From: an uncultured Eikenella sp.
Lineage (GTDB): Bacteria; Pseudomonadota; Gammaproteobacteria; Burkholderiales; Neisseriaceae
DNA: 8,279 nt
Direction: 5' to 3'
Assembly (NCBI GenBank): GCA_963548155.1
Contig: CAUUTP010000088.1
Coordinates: 1-8,279, forward strand
Shown: positions 5,570-8,279 of the stretch, piece by piece
How the letters are laid out: each line of letters starts with the position of its first letter
Position numbering within the stretch: the stretch's first letter is position 1
Position numbers and translations under genes: made by a program
The notes under the pieces: generated by a model
The model's input: the letters and a program-made list of their open reading frames with translations, nothing else
Database searches by the model: none
What the model was told of the DNA's origin: nothing

Positions 5570-5842
5570 ATGGATTGGAATCAATGTTTTTTGATGCAGC
5601 CTGATGGCGGCAGTTATGCAACGAATTTTAATAATTATCTGACTTTTGTCGTGAATGGGTATAACAGTTTGGTACCGAATGGGCAGCCAGATTTTTCTAA
5701 ACCGGTATATTTGGGCGTAATGATGAGTCCGGCGCAGTTGGCTGTATTGCGCGCTAACCGGCATTTATTTGATGAGAGTTTTAATGATGCTTTGGAACGG
5801 TTACAAAAGAGTTATGACAGGCTTCAAGTGGAGGTGGGTTAG
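5570..5842 (+). CDS. Hypothetical 90-aa protein preceding the TspB/pIII-like gene
   Basis: SD AAGGGGG (5557..5563) lies 6 nt upstream of the ATG. The 3' end overlaps the start region of the next gene out of frame. Confidence 0.6.
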   Translation: MDWNQCFLMQPDGGSYATNFNNYLTFVVNGYNSLVPNGQPDFSKPVYLGVMMSPAQLAVLRANRHLFDESFNDALERLQKSYDRLQVEVG

Positions 5843-7427
5843 TTTATTTTCTCTGCTGAGTGTAGCGGTGCCGGTATGGGCAGATGTGCCAGCCTATCCA
5901 CCGCAAAATGTACCTTCTATGCAGCGTTTAGCTGCTGCGCCAAATGGTCAGTTATTGACAGGGTATAACTCTGTTAATGGTAATTGGTCTTATGATATGA
6001 ATTCTGGTGTGGCTAGGGTTGATAGATTCCAGAATGTCAATCGCGGCGCCGGTGGCCTAGTTGGCACCAAAACCAACCCCGTCAATCTTTACGACAATTA
6101 CGGCAACGTCGCCCGCGGCCAGATCCAAACACAAACCGCCATGCCTGCTAATTCTAGGATAGCCCAAGGCCTAGGCTCTATCTATGTTCTGCAAATCGCC
6201 AACCAACATCTAACCAACCTCAAAGCCCAAGGCGTTTCTGAAATGTACAGCCGCGGTTTTGAGAATGGCGATTGGGGCATGGTTGCAGATGCCACCGCAA
6301 GGCTGTTTGACTGGACAGGCTTTGGCGGAAACGTGCGTGATAGTCTTTACGGCAATCCCGATATGCAGCAGATGAATCAGCAATTACAACAGCAAGCATT
6401 GCAACAGGCACAACAGCAATTTAGCCAATATCAAGCCGTCCCCCATCCTGAGCAGATTAACCCTGCTAATTATTCGGATTACGTTTTACTTACGATTAAC
6501 GAGTTTGGCGAGGGGATTCCTCGATTAAGCAGGCAAGTTTTAGTAAGTAAAGCAGATTTTCGGCAAAAGCGCTGGCAGACAGGTGTTGTTCTTCAAAGCA
6601 AGAACATAGAACAAAGCTGGCCTATTCGTATAGGTGCGGTGGAAATTATGCCCCAGCTGCCAATTAACAATTTTAATTGGGTGCAATTGCGGGCAAAGTT
6701 TGCAACTGCCCAAGATATACGAGATTACAACTTGAGAAATTTGCCTCAGTTATCTGAACTTGTACCAAGGGAAGCCGAAGTAGCCCGCCTGCTTGAACAG
6801 ATGCTGAATGATAACAACCGAAATCACACAGAATTAATTAATGCCCTTTGGGGCGCCGGTGTGATTGGCCCCGGCAATACTCAAAGCATGGTAACGGGCA
6901 GTCCTGCCGATAATACTTTCCTGACCCAGCCTTTTACTCCAGAGGGTTCAAACCAAGCCCAACAAACACAATTCATTGTGAACAATAACGGCAGCATTAC
7001 ACAAAACACAATCCAGCGCCCCGATTTGGTTGCCAACAGCAGCCAAGCTCCTACCCGTGCCGAAGTGGCTGCACAGCATCAACAAGGCCAGCAGGATACC
7101 CGCCCGCAAAAAGAAGGCAGTACATCAGAAAAGCCCGATATTTGTGCGCAAAACCCGAATAGCTTGATGTGTGCGCCTATGGGCAATACCGACTATCAGG
7201 ATTTAGTATTACCACAGCAAAACATCAATATCGCCCTATCTCCGCTGCATATCTTTAATACAGATGCAGCCTGTCCCGCTCCCACCTCTTTCAGCATAGC
7301 GGGAACGCAGCAAAGAATGAGTTACGAACCAATGTGCGACACAGCCCGCAAAGCACGCCCGTTTATTATCATGATGGCCATGACTGCCGCATTTTTGATG
7401 GTGTTTAGCGCCCTTAACCGCCGTTAG
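5784..7427 (+). CDS. Large secreted, C-terminally membrane-anchored protein; TspB / pIII-like adsorption (minor coat) protein candidate
   Basis: Signal-peptide-like N-terminus ...KRVMTGFKWRWVSLFSLLSVAVPVWA/DVP. Gln-rich linker (QQMNQQLQQQALQQAQQQ). C-terminal Cys-containing region (DICAQNPNSLMC, ACPAP, PMC). Terminal TM helix FIIMMAMTAAFLMVFSAL followed by NRR. The start is ambiguous: TTG 5769, or ATG 5772, 5784, 5787 or 5814. I chose 5784 because GAGAG lies 5 nt upstream. Confidence 0.7.
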   Translation: MMLWNGYKRVMTGFKWRWVSLFSLLSVAVPVWADVPAYPPQNVPSMQRLAAAPNGQLLTGYNSVNGNWSYDMNSGVARVDRFQNVNRGAGGLVGTKTNPVNLYDNYGNVARGQIQTQTAMPANSRIAQGLGSIYVLQIANQHLTNLKAQGVSEMYSRGFENGDWGMVADATARLFDWTGFGGNVRDSLYGNPDMQQMNQQLQQQALQQAQQQFSQYQAVPHPEQINPANYSDYVLLTINEFGEGIPRLSRQVLVSKADFRQKRWQTGVVLQSKNIEQSWPIRIGAVEIMPQLPINNFNWVQLRAKFATAQDIRDYNLRNLPQLSELVPREAEVARLLEQMLNDNNRNHTELINALWGAGVIGPGNTQSMVTGSPADNTFLTQPFTPEGSNQAQQTQFIVNNNGSITQNTIQRPDLVANSSQAPTRAEVAAQHQQGQQDTRPQKEGSTSEKPDICAQNPNSLMCAPMGNTDYQDLVLPQQNINIALSPLHIFNTDAACPAPTSFSIAGTQQRMSYEPMCDTARKARPFIIMMAMTAAFLMVFSALNRR

Positions 7428-7437
7428 GCTACCTGAA
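7426..7437 (+). repeat. DNA uptake sequence AGGCTACCTGAA, copy 2
   Basis: Exact 12-mer overlapping the TAG stop (7425..7427) of the TspB-like gene. Confidence 0.7.
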
Positions 7438-7456
7438 GAAACGAAAGGAACCAAAG

Positions 7457-7744
7457 ATGGGCAAAACCCTTGCTGGAATGTTTACCGCAGTTCTAACCAC
7501 CTTAGCGGGCAAAATCATCATGGCCTTAGGTATATCCGCCATTTCTTATACCGGCCTAAACCTGCTCCAAACTCAAATGATTAACGCCCTGACTAGCCAG
7601 CTATCCGCTGCTCCACTTTCCGCCGTTCAGATTATGTACATTGGCGGCCTAGGGGTAGCTCTAAACTGGATACTGGGTGCAGTGGCCTTTCTAGTATCGT
7701 TCAATTCAGTAGCCAAGCTCGGCAGCATCTTCCGCCAGAAATAA
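7457..7744 (+). CDS. DUF2523 / pVI-like inovirus membrane (minor coat) protein, 95 aa
   Basis: Multi-helix hydrophobic protein. The segment ALGISAISYTGLNLLQTQ...LSAAPLSAVQIMYIGGLGVALNWILGA resembles the remembered DUF2523 pattern (GxGxVxYTGL...L....L.LLG). SD AAGGA lies 7 nt upstream. It directly follows the pIII-like gene, as in Pf/Nf-type phages. Confidence 0.72.
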   Translation: MGKTLAGMFTAVLTTLAGKIIMALGISAISYTGLNLLQTQMINALTSQLSAAPLSAVQIMYIGGLGVALNWILGAVAFLVSFNSVAKLGSIFRQK

Positions 7745-7919
7745 AGCAACATAGAATAGATATTCTAAACGGCTTAAAACTTGCTTAAACCATAAAGCCG
7801 CATCATGCCTACATTTAGCCTTGTTAGAAAACAAAGGGAAAGATTGGCGGGTGTGGCTTTACTTATGCCAAAAATCAATACGGTATCTTTGTCCACAGAC
7901 ACAATATAAGGATTGCATC
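7745..7919 (+). promoter_or_regulatory. 175-nt non-coding leader upstream of the IS110-family recombinase; candidate regulatory region or structured (bridge-type) RNA
   Basis: No SD-supported ORF. Contains the inverted repeat TAGAATA-GA-TATTCTA (7752..7767) and the stem CGGCTT/AAGCCG (7770..7775 with 7795..7800) around two GCTTAAA direct repeats. GCATCATG occurs at 7800 and again at 7914. Confidence 0.3.
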
Positions 7920-8279
7920 ATGCAAAAAATCGTACTTGGATTAGATATATCTAAATTGACTATAGATGCATATTTCAATGGTCAAGATGATTTTATTCGG
8001 GTCATGAACAATCAAGCAGGAATAGAAAAATTGATTGAGCGCATAAAAAACTATCAGCAACAAAGTAAAGAGATTCATGCTTGCTGCGAATACACCGGCG
8101 TTTATTACTTTCCGCTTGCCAGCGCATTGCATGACTCAGGAATCAAAATCAGTGTAATCAATCCGCTTTCTATCAAGCTATACGCAGAATACAGATTAAG
8201 ACGAACAAAAACCGACAAACAAGATGCGAAATTAATTGCCGATTATTGCGAAAAAGAAAATCCGCCATTATGGGCATAA
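7920..8279 (+). CDS. IS110 / Piv (PivNM-like) family transposase-recombinase, N-terminal DEDD domain only. The frame ends at TAA 8277..8279 after 119 aa, so it may be truncated or a pseudogene.
   Basis: MQKIVLGLDISK (first Asp), CCEYTGVYY (Glu) and RRTKTDKQDAKLIADYC (two Asp) form the classic IS110 N-terminal signature. SD AAGGA lies 7 nt upstream of ATG 7920. The ORF-track start at TTG 7821 is an upstream open extension without support. Confidence 0.8.
   Translation: MQKIVLGLDISKLTIDAYFNGQDDFIRVMNNQAGIEKLIERIKNYQQQSKEIHACCEYTGVYYFPLASALHDSGIKISVINPLSIKLYAEYRLRRTKTDKQDAKLIADYCEKENPPLWA

Larger units (their letters stand above)
1..8279 (+). mobile_element. Segment of a filamentous (inovirus-like) prophage, Nf/MDA-like organisation. 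Neither prophage end is identifiable in the window.
   Basis: All supported genes lie on one strand and are tightly packed, with ATGA/TAATG coupled junctions. The gene set is Rep_trans initiator, small gVp-position protein, about 46-aa mature coat protein, Zot-type P-loop protein, pIII/TspB-like protein, DUF2523-like protein and IS110-type recombinase. Confidence 0.85.

Noticed and set aside
7800-7807. The 8-mer GCATCATG occurs three times (2721, 7800, 7914), twice exactly at predicted start codons. This hints at a shared start context, or at a uORF from ATG 7805 (34 codons).
   Set aside because: The ATG at 7805 has no SD and its peptide is featureless. The motif count is suggestive but too small to interpret, so it is kept only as a detail under the leader finding.
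7821-7919. Upstream extension of the recombinase ORF starting at TTG 7821 (MLENKGKDW...).
   Set aside because: There is no SD. ATG 7920 has AAGGA at proper spacing, and IS110-family proteins start only a few residues before the G(I/L)D(I/V)SK motif.

Overview
The window is one unidirectional (+ strand) gene train typical of an integrated filamentous phage (inovirus-like). Its architecture is closest to what I recall of the Neisseria Nf/MDA prophages. In order it holds: a Rep_trans/RstA-type replication initiator (116..1420); a small protein in the gVp position; several tiny ORFs; a textbook major coat protein with signal peptide (2498..2707); two membrane-anchored proteins; a Zot/pI-type assembly ATPase (3865..4992); a structured ~195-nt intergenic region; a large secreted, C-terminally anchored TspB/pIII-like protein (ends 7427); a DUF2523/pVI-like membrane protein (7457..7744); and, after a 175-nt non-coding leader, the N-terminal part of an IS110/Piv-family DEDD recombinase (7920..8279). 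I saw no rRNA/tRNA genes, no CRISPR array and no convincing minus-strand genes. No secretin (pIV) or repressor gene is visible in the window, and neither prophage end is visible. Two exact copies of AGGCTACCTGAA match what I recall as the Eikenella dialect of the Neisseriaceae DNA uptake sequence, which suggests an Eikenella-like host. Points worth follow-up: (1) the non-coding leader in front of the IS110-family recombinase could encode a bridge/guide RNA for phage integration; (2) the DUS copies inside a phage; (3) a C8 tract and a GC-rich N-terminal extension in rep; (4) hyper-acidic proteins, one below the ORF-track cutoff; (5) the Zot gene sits before rather than after the pIII/pVI-like pair; (6) the recombinase ends at a stop after only about 119 aa. 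All functional calls rest on remembered family motifs, protein architecture and gene order, not on searches.
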